Assembly (NCBI GenBank): GCA_964016885.1
Contig: OZ024742.1
Location: forward strand, 175,894,001-175,958,000
Direction: 5' to 3'
Length of the DNA: 64,000 nt
Source: Eledone cirrhosa
Lineage: Eukaryota
Of this stretch, positions 27,106-42,925 are shown piece after piece (within the stretch, counting starts at the first letter, position 1; each line of letters opens with the position of its first letter). A model generated the notes under the pieces. The model worked only from the letters and a program-made list of their open reading frames with translations. It ran no database searches and was not told where the DNA came from. A program made the translations under genes and the position numbers.

Positions 27106-27176
27106 TATTTTATTATGAGCATTACAAAAACAAATATCACAATGCAATAACATTTGCGTTTTCGTCAGATAAAATA
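27106..27176 (-). ncRNA. variant type I hammerhead-like motif in a short element (about 27075-27273)
   Basis: TATTTTAT-CTGACGA-stem II (CAAATGTTAT/GTGATATTTG)-GTAA-TGCTC-ATA-ATAAAATA: 8-bp stem I, GUAA instead of GAAA. Confidence 0.55.
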
Positions 27177-27272
27177 GGGACATATGATATGAAGGTTAAA
27201 ACACATTTGTGAATAGTGCAGTTTTAAATCAAGATATCAATATGTTGTACTGCAATAAAACTCACCTCCTAC

Positions 27273-27292
27273 ATATATATTAATATATATAT

Positions 27293-27355
<63 letters not shown>

Positions 27356-27620
27356 TAAATATATACACACACATATATATATATATACAGACATATATAA
27401 ATATATACACACATATATATATACATATACACATATATATATATATATATATACACACACATATATAAATATATATACAAACATATATATATACACATAT
27501 ATATATATATATACACACATATATATACACACGTATATATACACATACATATATGTGTATACACACACATATATATATACACATATATATACACACACAT
27601 ATATATATATATATATACAC

Positions 27621-27651
<31 letters not shown>

Positions 27652-27654
27652 CAC

Positions 27655-27687
<33 letters not shown>

Positions 27688-27948
27688 CACATATATATAT
27701 ATATACATATATATATCTCTACACATATATATATATACACAAATATATATATATATATACACAAATATATATATATATACACATATATATATATATACAC
27801 ATATATATATATATATACACACATATATATATATATATACACACATATATATATATATATACACACACATATATATATATATATATACACACATCTATAT
27901 ATATATACATATATATATATATAAACACACATACATATATATATATAA

Positions 27949-28017
<69 letters not shown>

Positions 28018-28269
28018 TATATATATATATACACATATATATGTCTACACATATCCTCATCATTATCATCATTATCTTCGTTTAACGTCCACTTTCCATG
28101 CTAGCATAGGTTAGACAGGAGTAGTCCCATTTGAGGCAAGGTTGGTCGGGTGACAATGGCTCACTCATATAGGACTATCTGGGAGGTTTTCTACGGCTGG
28201 ATGCCCTTCCTAATACCAACCACATATATATATACACATTTATATTTTTATATATACACACATACATAG

Positions 28270-28302
<33 letters not shown>

Positions 28303-28323
28303 CATATATATATATACACACAT

Positions 28324-28366
<43 letters not shown>

Positions 28367-28430
28367 TATCTATATATATATATACACACATATATATATA
28401 TACACATATATATATATATATATACACACA

Positions 28431-28476
<46 letters not shown>

Positions 28477-28655
28477 CACATATATATATACACATATATA
28501 TATATATATATACACATATATATATATATACACATATATATATATACACACACATATATATATATATATACACACATATATATATATATACACATATATA
28601 CATATATATATATATACACACACATATATATATATATATACACATATATATATAT

Positions 28656-28698
<43 letters not shown>

Positions 28699-28942
28699 TA
28701 TATATACCCACATACATATATATATACATATATATATATACACATACATATATATATACACACATACATATATATATATACACATACATATATATATATA
28801 TATATACACACATACATATATATATATATGCATATATATATATGTAAACACACAAATATATACACACACACACACACATATATATATATACACACATATA
28901 TATATATACACATACATATATATATATATATATACACACATA
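27273..28942. repeat. compound (TA)n/(CA)n microsatellite interrupted by an RTE 3' end
   Basis: Direct observation. Confidence 0.95.
28056..28225 (-). mobile_element. 5'-truncated RTE LINE 3' UTR
   Basis: Reverse complement of about 53513-53680 including the (GAT)n tail. Confidence 0.85.
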
Positions 28943-29287
28943 GTGGCTGCCAACTCGTTTTCGAGTACGGCCACTATTTTATATCCAAGTAGGAGAACCC
29001 CTACCGATGCGCTGAACGAGTGTGACTTTTTAGTCCAGCCCGTGACTTGAAAACTCTGGTACAAACACTACACTTGTGACAATTATTGACACATAGTGTT
29101 GGGCCCATGGTACCATGTGACGACAAGTACAGAGAGATCTCCAGATATAAGGCAATGCCTGTGCCGTGAAGCTTTTATAGTGAGCAAAGGCACTGCACAA
29201 AACCAGTCCCACTCTCTTAACCAAGATGATATTTACCAAAAAGAAGAGCAAGTCAACATCATTGGATACGATGAGGGTATCCAATGA
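28942..29287 (-). mobile_element. 3' end of a second RTE-like family
   Basis: Near-identical to 42012-42338; encodes [13 protein letters not shown]-type zinc-finger remnant; a shorter copy lies at 29510-29613. Confidence 0.75.
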
Positions 29288-29399
29288 TATATATATATAC
29301 ATATATACATACATACATATATACATATATATACATATATACATACATACATATATACATACATACATACATACATTCATATATACATACATGCATATA

Positions 29400-29458
<59 letters not shown>

Positions 29459-29666
29459 ACATACATACATACATATATACATACATGCATACACATATAT
29501 ATACATACATGGTGGCTGCCAACTCGTTTTCGAGTATGGCCACTACTTTATATCCATGTAGGAGAACTCGTACCGATGCGCTGAACGAGTGTGACTTTTT
29601 AGTCCAGCCAGCGATACATATATATATACATACATACATATATATACATATATATATATATACACA

Positions 29667-31696
29667 CCGGTACAAACAACTGATATTCTATCGGAGGTAT
29701 CTTCTTGTGCTACTATTCTAAAGTTAAAGACAGAGAGGGAGGATTCTATTTTCACTGATAAAATAAAATATTGCATGGGTATATTTAGGGGGGTAAGTCT
29801 CTCGGTGATATTATTCTTCTTGTCATTAAACCCCTTGTCCTTTCTGCTCAAGAAATGTGAGGAATACATCATTGGCTCACAGGAGGACAGAAATACGAAC
29901 CTAGCCCATAATTTCTTTGTGGGCGATCTGAAACTCTATGCCAAGAACATGGACGGGATGAAGAAAAATCTTGACCTGGTTACAACGTTCTCAAAGGATA
30001 TAGGAATGGAGTTTGGCCAAGATAAATGCTCATACATGACTGTAAAGCGGGGAAAAACAACAACCCAATCTAGCAACATTGTCATCAATGGCCTAACTGT
30101 TTCACCGATATCTGATGAGGACTGCTACAGATACCTGGGGATAGATGAGAACATATCCTATAATGGTATCTGTAATAAATTACGCGTAACCAGGGAATAC
30201 TACACCCGATTAAGAAAGATCTGGTCATCGGAATTCTCTGCGCAAAACAAAACAGTGGCTCACAATGTGTTTGCTGTGCCTATCCTAACACCAACGTTTG
30301 GAATACTCAATTGGACGATAGACGAAATCCGAGCAGTTGATGTTGGAACTCAAAAAATACTAAACAACACCGGAAACTTCCACATCAACAGTGACATAGA
30401 CCGCCTTTACTTGAAACATAAGCAGGGAGGCAAAGGCCTAACATCAGCCCAGACATCATTTGAATGTGGCATCATATCTCTCCGACAACATCTACGAACC
30501 TCAAAGCCTAGGAGCCCGTTTCTCGAGCAAGTCTATCTGCATGAAACAGATCAGATCATGAGAGTTGGGAAGGAACTCCTCGAGAGATATTCCCTGTGTG
30601 ATAATCAACGCCCCCCCCCCCCCTCCCCAAGGGATGTCGCTCAGCAGTATCGCAGTGAATCCATGGATGAAAAACTGCATGCTTATCAGTAAAAAATCAT
30701 GCATGGATATGTTGCCAGGAAGCTGCAGAGTGAGAGTAATAGAGATAAGGAAAGTAGTCTATCTTGGACCAACAACCGCTATATTGGCTCCCACTTTGAA
30801 GGGTACGCTTTTGCAATCCAAGAACAGGAGATTAACACGAAATACCTGATTCACAAAAGAGATAGAGTTGCAGGCACATCACCTAGATGTGATAACAAGT
30901 GCAGACTTTGCAGAACTAACATCGAAGATATCACCCATGTCATCAGCAGCTGTCCAAAGATGTCATCGCGGTACTATCTACCTATGAAGCACGATGTAGT
31001 GGCCAAATGCAGTTCGTGAAAAAAGATAGCCCCGATAATAAACACATTAAAAGCTACAGCAATGTGGAAAACATCCATGTACATAATATGAAAGAGTACT
31101 GGGGGAATGTTCCAGTAAAACCTCAATAAAATGCAGGCATAACAGACCAGATATTATGATATGGGACAGGGAGAAGAAAGCATGCACAGTAGTAGAAATT
31201 AGCTGCCCAGCAGATGCCAATATAATATCAAAGATTAGAGAAAAGGAGAATATTTATGCAGAACTGATGAGAAATCTGCAGATACTCCACCCTGATTACA
31301 CCTTCAGATTTATGCCTGTGATTAATGGGGCACTGGGGTATGTTAGTAACTGCCTCAATACAAATCTTGAGAAGCTAGGCTTCACAGGAACAGAAAGAAC
31401 ACAACTAGTTAGGAAATTACAAGTACAATCAGTTAATTGAACAGTAAAAATATGTAAAACATTCCAAATATGCAAAGATCTAATAACTGCATATACACAT
31501 GTACAAATGCAAAGCATATACACATACAACTCAAAACATCCACATCCACATATACAATAACATCCATATCTACACATGCATACATACATATGTACCTAGT
31601 TGATGTTGTGTAAATTCCAATGTCTTGTGTCTATGTTAGAAACCGACTCTCGCTCTATTGGTAAAACTTTGTGATATTATAAAACCAGAAGAACGT
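29667..31696 (+). mobile_element. 5'-truncated R4/Dong-like non-LTR retrotransposon (RT, CCHC, restriction-like endonuclease), pseudogenised
   Basis: GIFRGVSLS, FFVGDLKLY, YRYLG, DRLYL, CRLC...HVISSC, HNRPDIMIWD...VVEISCP...KIREK; stops and frameshifts; microsatellite flanks. Confidence 0.9.
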
Positions 31697-31706
31697 ACAT
31701 ACATAC

Positions 31707-31743
<37 letters not shown>

Positions 31744-31777
31744 TTACAATAATCAAAGTTCAGTTTAAGTCATTTAT

Positions 31778-31826
31778 TTGCTTACAATTGTTTCCTCCAA
31801 ACCGAGGTTTGGATTCTTCGGAGCAA
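31778..31826 (-). ncRNA. minimal type I hammerhead ribozyme (inverted copy)
   Basis: Reverse complement of 34789-34837. Confidence 0.7.
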
Positions 31827-31895
31827 CTATTTACTGATCTATAACATACTTGACCTCCTTTTCAACCCAAGAGACACATAAAACATATGCGCATA

Positions 31896-32860
31896 ATAGG
31901 GATTGTAACAACAAAAATAACCCGCACCACAGAAATGACCATAGGATCATTAAAGGAAACAAATCACCAGACATAAAAAAACAGAAATAGAAGAAGAAAT
32001 AATACATTTTTCAACCCTCCTTTCAATTTAAACGTCTCTACCAACCTACCTAGGGCTTTCTTCTCACTACTAGATACACACTTCCCATCCGGCCACAGGT
32101 ACCACGGCCTTTTAAACAAAAACACTATTAAGATCTCATACTCTACTACGCCTAACTTAGCATACCACATAGCTAGTACAAATAAAAGAAAAATTAATTC
32201 TTACTTCCAACAAACTAAATCACAACAGTCGATAAACCTTCAAAATAACATTCAAAATAACAGTCAAAGTAACATTATAGCAAATAACCGTAATATCACT
32301 GGAAATGATAGTAATAGCACTAGGGTAAACATTAACGCTGCGTACCACAACCCACATAACCATAACCCTATAGCTAACATCCAAACTTCTACACAGCATA
32401 GTAACCGGCAGACTAGCACCCAGAGTAATTGTAACTGTAGATCAAGTAGAACCTGCCCTTTAGATAAAACATGCTTAACCAAGGATATCTATACTCATGT
32501 ACAGTCACAACTAACAACTCCTCTGAAACCTATATAGGCTCTACTTCTAACTGCTTCAAAACTAGATATAATTCGCACCTCCACTCTTTCAAAAAACACA
32601 GTCTAGCCAACTCCACTTCACTATCTAAAAACTACATACACTATCTAAAAACTAAAAATAAAATATATACACTTAAATGGGAAGTGGTAGGTAGTGCAAC
32701 ATCGTACAAACCACCTAATACATTTTGTAACCTCTGTCTACTAGAGACCCATACTATCATCTTCTCTAAACATAATCTCCTTAATAAAAAATCAGAAGTG
32801 TTTGCAACTTGCCATCACCGCTTCCGACACTCGTTCCAAAACTTTAAACCCTATATATAA
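31896..32860 (+). pseudogene. Penelope-like ORF C-terminal part: RT thumb, CxCx5C linker, GIY-YIG endonuclease
   Basis: FFNPPFNLNVSTNL...KISYSTTPNL, CNCRSSRTCPL, frameshift near 32490, then ETYIGSTSNCFKTRYNSH...CNLCLLE...LLNKKSE...CHH. Confidence 0.9.
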
Positions 32861-33398
32861 TAATGCCAGACTGGAACCGGCACCACTCCTAGCAATTAAC
32901 ATCAGTAGCTCACCTTACACCTCACATCCACACCCATTTGTATACTCTAAAGATAATACTGACAACATTTTAGTACCACCTACCCTGGGAATACCCCCTT
33001 GTACCTCTAATTCTGATATCTCGACCGTGGACTACTTAATCTGCATTGCACAAATATAAGATTAGTATAAACCGGGGACACGGTACTGGTTGCGATAACA
33101 TAGTCCTGTGCATGGATTCCCACCAAGAGATAGATTGATGATTAGATGGATAATCGTATCGTTATGTGAATATATACTGTAAACGATCAGTTCAATGTAT
33201 TATGCACAGGAGATGCATGAGTTAGGAGCATCTGTGTTCCCTGGTGACCCGACCGGCACCTTTTGACGAGAGAACCGGCCACCGGACCACCCTGGTGAAT
33301 TTATTGGGGATGCGGTCATACTACGACCTGAATCTCGCCGGGAGTCATGTATGATAATAAGACCATTACTGATAGTGAGACCCATGTAATTAATTATG

Positions 33399-34000
33399 TA
33401 GTCTGACTCTTCTTATGGATTGGCCGGGTGTGGCACCCCATGTTGATTGTAGTCATCATGATACGAACTCCTTTAGTACTTGTTACTGGACTCCACTCTA
33501 GCTTGTAGATGGGATACCTGATCTATATGTGGGATGTGAGTTTATGTATTACTTGGTGGCCAGACAGGTGCCCTGGTATGAGAGATTTAATCTCCAGATT
33601 GTAATCATCTTGATGTGAACTCCTTAAGTACCTATTAATAGACTCCACTCTAACTTGTAGATGTGATACTTAATTGATTTATATATGAGATGGGGGTTGT
33701 ATATTGCTTGATGACCAGACTAGTGCCTTTATATGTGAAATTGGATCTCCGGACCATGCCGAAGATTTACCGGAGATTCAGACATGCAATGACCCGAAGC
33801 CTACCGGGGGGGGGGGGCATATATAATAGTGGGACCATACCAGGTCCTACTGTTATATTACATTTGCATGGAACAGTGACTTGAGAGTCTGACTCCTCTT
33901 ATAGAATGTTCAGATATGACACCCCTTAATGTACGGTAATCATCCTAATATATACACCCTTGTACTTCTTAATGGACAACTCTCTAACCTATACTTGGGA
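33399..34000. repeat. three degenerate internal repeats in the Penelope-like 3' UTR
   Basis: GTAGTCATCATGAT...GACTCCACTCTAGCTTGTAGATG recurs at about 33450, 33600 and more weakly 33935; AGTCTGACTC.TCTTAT at 33400 and 33886. Confidence 0.6.
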
Positions 34001-34788
34001 AACATACTCTAGAAATTAGTTATAACTTCATATGATAGGCACGTATTTGAATCACCATTAATGTAGTTTAGGATAGTAATTTAACTAAGATAACTAGCTA
34101 GTTACCTCCCCTTACGCATTAATTCCCCTTAGTCATTCAGACACTTCCGGAATCCGGACAGCATGATCTATTAATTAAGAACCGACTGGATACGGTTTAT
34201 AACTTGATTGTATGATGAGCCATCGTGAATCATACGATAGACACGTGTTCTATATATTGTGTCTCATGGATTATGTGAGTGGTGGTGTGAGCGAAGACAG
34301 TGGTACGGCTTTGCCTACGATACAATAAGGTTTATAGTATGTTGAAAGTTTGTGATATTTTGGTGTTTCCCTGCATCCGAGACTGTATATCATACAGATG
34401 TATGAGAATAAATGACTTAATAATTCAGCCCACATAACAAGATCGATTGCCTGCTTCAACTGCCTGAACCTGCAAATATAATTCTGACGCACTCTAATCA
34501 TGTATAAATAAGACACGCGTGCATGCTACACGTGAGATTGTCTCATACACTGACTACTCTAAGCTTTCCTCTTGCTTTATCTTCATAGACTGCCAACGCT
34601 TCATGTTTATCTTTATTTTCATTCTTGCTTTTATTTTTATTTTTATTTTTATCCTGTAACCTTTACATGTAAATTGCCATGCTATATCATTTGATGAATG
34701 TCACCCCACTGTTGATCAATATGCGCATATGTTTTATGTGTCTCTTGGGTTGAAAAGGAGGTCAAGTATGTTATAGATCAGTAAATAG

Positions 34789-34837
34789 TTGCTCCGAAGA
34801 ATCCAAACCTCGGTTTGGAGGAAACAATTGTAAGCAA
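34789..34837 (+). ncRNA. minimal type I hammerhead ribozyme (core CCGAAGA)
   Basis: TTGCT-CCGAAGA-A-TCCAAACCTCGGTTTGGA-G-GAAAC-AATT-GTA-AGCAA; palindromic stem III ACAATTGT; cut after 34832. Confidence 0.75.
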
Positions 34838-35040
34838 ATAAATGACTTAAACTGAACTTTGATTATTGTAATCTCTATATAACTGCTCTGTAAAACAACT
34901 GATGTTATTACATTGAGCTATTTATCTTACTGGTAATAGGATAGTAATTAATGACTATCTTTCACTATTTAGGGTTTGTGTATATAATATATTACCATTA
35001 AAGGTTTTATTACATACAAAACCATAAATAGTACCCTTAA

Positions 35041-35081
<41 letters not shown>

Positions 35082-35145
35082 CATATATAAATATATATAC
35101 ATATATGTATATATATATATATATACATATATATACATATATGTA

Positions 35146-35195
<50 letters not shown>

Positions 35196-35283
35196 TAGTA
35201 ATAATAATAAATTTGAAGACTAAAATCCAAAGAGGGCTCGATAAGGATAAATATATATCAAATATATAAGAACCGTAGAGCAA

Positions 35284-36846
35284 ATATTTATTAAAATAAC
35301 AGATTAAAGTTTAAGCAAAGAATCGCTGCTTTCCAGCTTCAAATTTAGCTAAACTACCTAGCCGTAGGAACACGTTCAACCATGTAGTTAGAACTAACTG
35401 TAATTGTAGGATTCGGGTTGATTGCCCCCTATCCGGGAAATGCCTCTCTAGTAACATTGTCTACAAATGTAAGGTTGAAACACCCACGCCCCGTAGGGCC
35501 TACATAGGGTTAACCGCCAATAGATTGAAGCAGCGTCTTTACATGCATACCCATTCTTTTCGTTACCCTCTAAGAAGGAATATGACGTCACTTTCAGCTT
35601 ATATCTGGAGTCTAAAAGACAACCACACCCAATATAATTTACACTGGGAGATCCTAGCTAGGGCTAGATCGTATAATGGAAATAAAAGACAATGTGACCT
35701 CTGCGCCGCTGAGGCCCTGGAAATACTCTACGCCATAGACCACATCTTAAACAAAAAATCTGAGGCAATTTAGGCTTGTAAACATAAATTGCACAAAACT
35801 TTCCTGTATTACAGCCCCACATTATATCCTAACGGATAGTACGATCTATACGTGGACATTTTACGTCTTGATGTGGTAGCTAAGTATATGTTATGTTTAT
35901 ACCATTACTTATTTTGATAGGTAAGTATATATTACCTGTATGTCTTGTGAAGGTACGTATACTTTCTCGTACGTATATTTGATTGTATATGTTATGGCAT
36001 ATATGTTTTATATATTCTGTTACATATGCTTTACTTTATGTGTATACGGGAGTTTTGCGTCTGGTGAGTATGCGGGTTCGTACGTATGTTGGGTGTGTGT
36101 ATGTGTACTTCATGTTATGGTTGACGTACGTCTCCGAACATTTGTGTATTTACATGTAGGTATGTGTGTGCGCTTGTTATATACGTATTTATTTATTTAT
36201 ATACGTTTATTTAATTATTTATTTATTTGTATACACACACACACACATATTTATATGTGCGTGGTTTTGTATACCTATGGAGAAGGTTTTCGCGTATGCT
36301 TGTGTATGTACGTATTTGTATGCGTGTATGTATTTATTTAATTTTTATTACCTCTGTATTGTATTTATTTACTTTATTCTTAACTCTGAAGCGGAGATTC
36401 ATTCGGTTTCCTAGTTAGAATTTTAGTCTACGACTTCAGCTATACCATTTACGTGGTTTTGTCTTTGCGTGCAATTGTTCTCCACGCGCCACTGTATGAC
36501 GTATTATTTTCGTATTTTCCGTTCATTGCTAGAGAACGTCTCTATGAACCACCTAAGAGAACATTAGTCTACGACTTCTTTTATACCATAAACGTGGTCC
36601 TGCTTTGCGCGTAATTGTTATTCACCGCTCCTATTAATGACGTATTATAAGCGTTTTTTCCCGTTCTTTGCCAGCGAACGTTTCCACGAACCAAAGTATC
36701 GTCTCCCTGTCTTCCTCCGGTTGCAACGTTTTTTGAAATATCCACTTCTACGTTTACAGATTGACTTTGTTAGTTTCAGAAGATCCCGTTAAGGGTGCAA
36801 GCAGCGATTCTTTGCTTAAACTTTAATCTGTTATTTTAATAAATAT
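35284..36846 (+). mobile_element. 5'-truncated Penelope-like element 3 with short inverted terminal copy
   Basis: 48-bp inverted repeat 35284-35331 / 36799-36846; CNCRIRVDCPLSGKCL...IVYKCKV...AYIGLT...CDLC...LNKKSE at about 35390-35840; imperfect 140-bp tandem duplication at about 36423-36694. Confidence 0.85.
36772..36822 (+). ncRNA. degenerate type I hammerhead-shaped motif
   Basis: AGTTT-CAGAAGA-T-CCC-GTTAA-GGG-T-GCAA-GCAGCGATTCTTTG-CTT-AAACT; three stems intact, two core substitutions. Confidence 0.5.
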
Positions 36847-40383
<3,537 letters not shown>

Positions 40384-40412
40384 CATACATATATATATAT
40401 ACATATATATAT

Positions 40413-40491
<79 letters not shown>

Positions 40492-40524
40492 CATACATAT
40501 ATATATATATATACATATACATAC

Positions 40525-40555
<31 letters not shown>

Positions 40556-40560
40556 CATAC

Positions 40561-40669
<109 letters not shown>

Positions 40670-40692
40670 CATACATATATATATATACATAC

Positions 40693-40729
<37 letters not shown>

Positions 40730-40774
40730 CATACATATATATATATATACATACATATATATATATATACATAC

Positions 40775-40807
<33 letters not shown>

Positions 40808-40859
40808 CATACATATATATATATATACATACATATATATATATATACATATATATATG

Positions 40860-40892
<33 letters not shown>

Positions 40893-40922
40893 ATACATAT
40901 ATATATATATATATATACATAC

Positions 40923-40971
<49 letters not shown>

Positions 40972-41004
40972 CATATACATATATATATATATATATATAC
41001 ATAC

Positions 41005-41036
<32 letters not shown>

Positions 41037-41180
41037 ATACATATATATATATATATATACATACATATACATACATATATATATATATATATACATACAT
41101 ATACATATATATATATATATATATACATACATATACATATATATATATATATATATACATACATATATATATATATATAT

Positions 41181-41213
<33 letters not shown>

Positions 41214-41342
41214 CATACATATACATATATATATATATATATATACATACATATATATATATATATATACATACATATATATATATATATATATACATAC
41301 ATATATATATATATATATACATACATATATATATATATATAT

Positions 41343-41407
<65 letters not shown>

Positions 41408-41590
41408 CATATATATATATACATACATACATATATATATATACATACATACATATATATATATACATACATACATATATATACATACATACATATATAT
41501 ATATACATACATATATATATATACATACATACATATATATATATACATACATACATATATATATATACATACATACATATATATATATAC

Positions 41591-41643
<53 letters not shown>

Positions 41644-41718
41644 CATATATATATATATATACATACATATATATATATACATACATATATATATATATAT
41701 ACATACATATATATATAT

Positions 41719-41765
<47 letters not shown>

Positions 41766-41874
41766 CATATACATACATACATATATATACATGCATACAT
41801 ACATATATATATATACATACATACATATATATATATACATACATATATATATATACATACATACATATATATAC

Positions 41875-42001
<127 letters not shown>

Positions 42002-42011
42002 CATACATATA

Positions 42012-42620
42012 TGGTGGCTGCCAACTCGTTTTCGAGTACGGCCACTACTTTATATCCATGTAGGAGAACCCCTACTGATGCGCTGAACGAGTGACTTTTT
42101 AGTCCAGCCAGCGACTTGAAAACTCTGGTACAAAGACTACACTTGTGACAATTAGTGACACATAGTGTTGGGCCCATGGTACCATGTGACGACAAGTGCA
42201 GAGAGATCTCCAGATATAAAGCAATGCCTGTGCCGTGAAGCTTTTATAGTGAGCAAAGGCACTGCACAAAGCCAGTCCCACTCTCTTAACCAAGATGATA
42301 TTTACCAAAAAGAAGAACAAGTCAACATCATTGGATACCATCAGGGTTGCAGGTGTTATATCAGAGTTTTCCTTCTCCTAGAATTCTGCCTTGACAAAGG
42401 CTAAGGGGTCATCTCTCCCGGTGATTTTGGATGGCCATTGACTCTTAAGAGCTCCTTTGCCCTTTGACAGGTTTTGTTTTTAGTCCTGCAGGATGTCCAA
42501 AGTCACCCTCCTCACCAAGAAACCTTGGTGGGGTTGCCAGTTTAGTCGCCAACGACCCGACCATGAGACAGGTTGTACTGGGATACATGTTACCAGTAGC
42601 ACCAACTGGTGACCTGACCA
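42012..42620 (-). mobile_element. short internally deleted RTE-like element (5' UTR fused to 3' end)
   Basis: 5' part has CTAGGAGAAGGAAAACTCTGA (RTE-like leader motif, from recall); 3' part encodes [19 protein letters not shown] (C2H2-type end); microsatellite on both sides. Confidence 0.65.
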
Positions 42621-42658
42621 TAGCATACATATGGACATATGTATATATATATATATAT

Positions 42659-42695
<37 letters not shown>

Positions 42696-42716
42696 CATAC
42701 ATATATATATATATAC

Positions 42717-42747
<31 letters not shown>

Positions 42748-42752
42748 CATAC

Positions 42753-42819
<67 letters not shown>

Positions 42820-42856
42820 CATACATATATATATATATATATACATACATATATAC

Positions 42857-42907
<51 letters not shown>

Positions 42908-42925
42908 CATATATATATATATACA

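Larger units (their letters stand above)
31739..35043 (+). mobile_element. 5'-truncated Penelope-like element 2 with inverted terminal copy
   Basis: 157-bp inverted repeat 31739-31895 / 34720-34876; RT thumb-linker-GIY-YIG remnant; about 2-kb 3' UTR; hammerhead in each repeat. Confidence 0.9.

Noticed and set aside
32471-35773. Selenocysteine recoding as in Naiad Penelope-like elements
   Set aside because: Endonuclease is C-terminal, conserved Cys codons are TGT/TGC, and the in-frame stop at 35771-35773 is TAG, not TGA
36381-36417. TAACT-CTGAAGC-hairpin-AGTTA hammerhead-like half
   Set aside because: No GAAA or stem III; at most a deleted relic
42440-42550. Twister ribozyme suggested by TAA...GAGGAGGG in the RTE leader
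   Set aside because: Lacks the GCC and P4-loop (UCCCAAGC-like) elements needed for the twister pseudoknots
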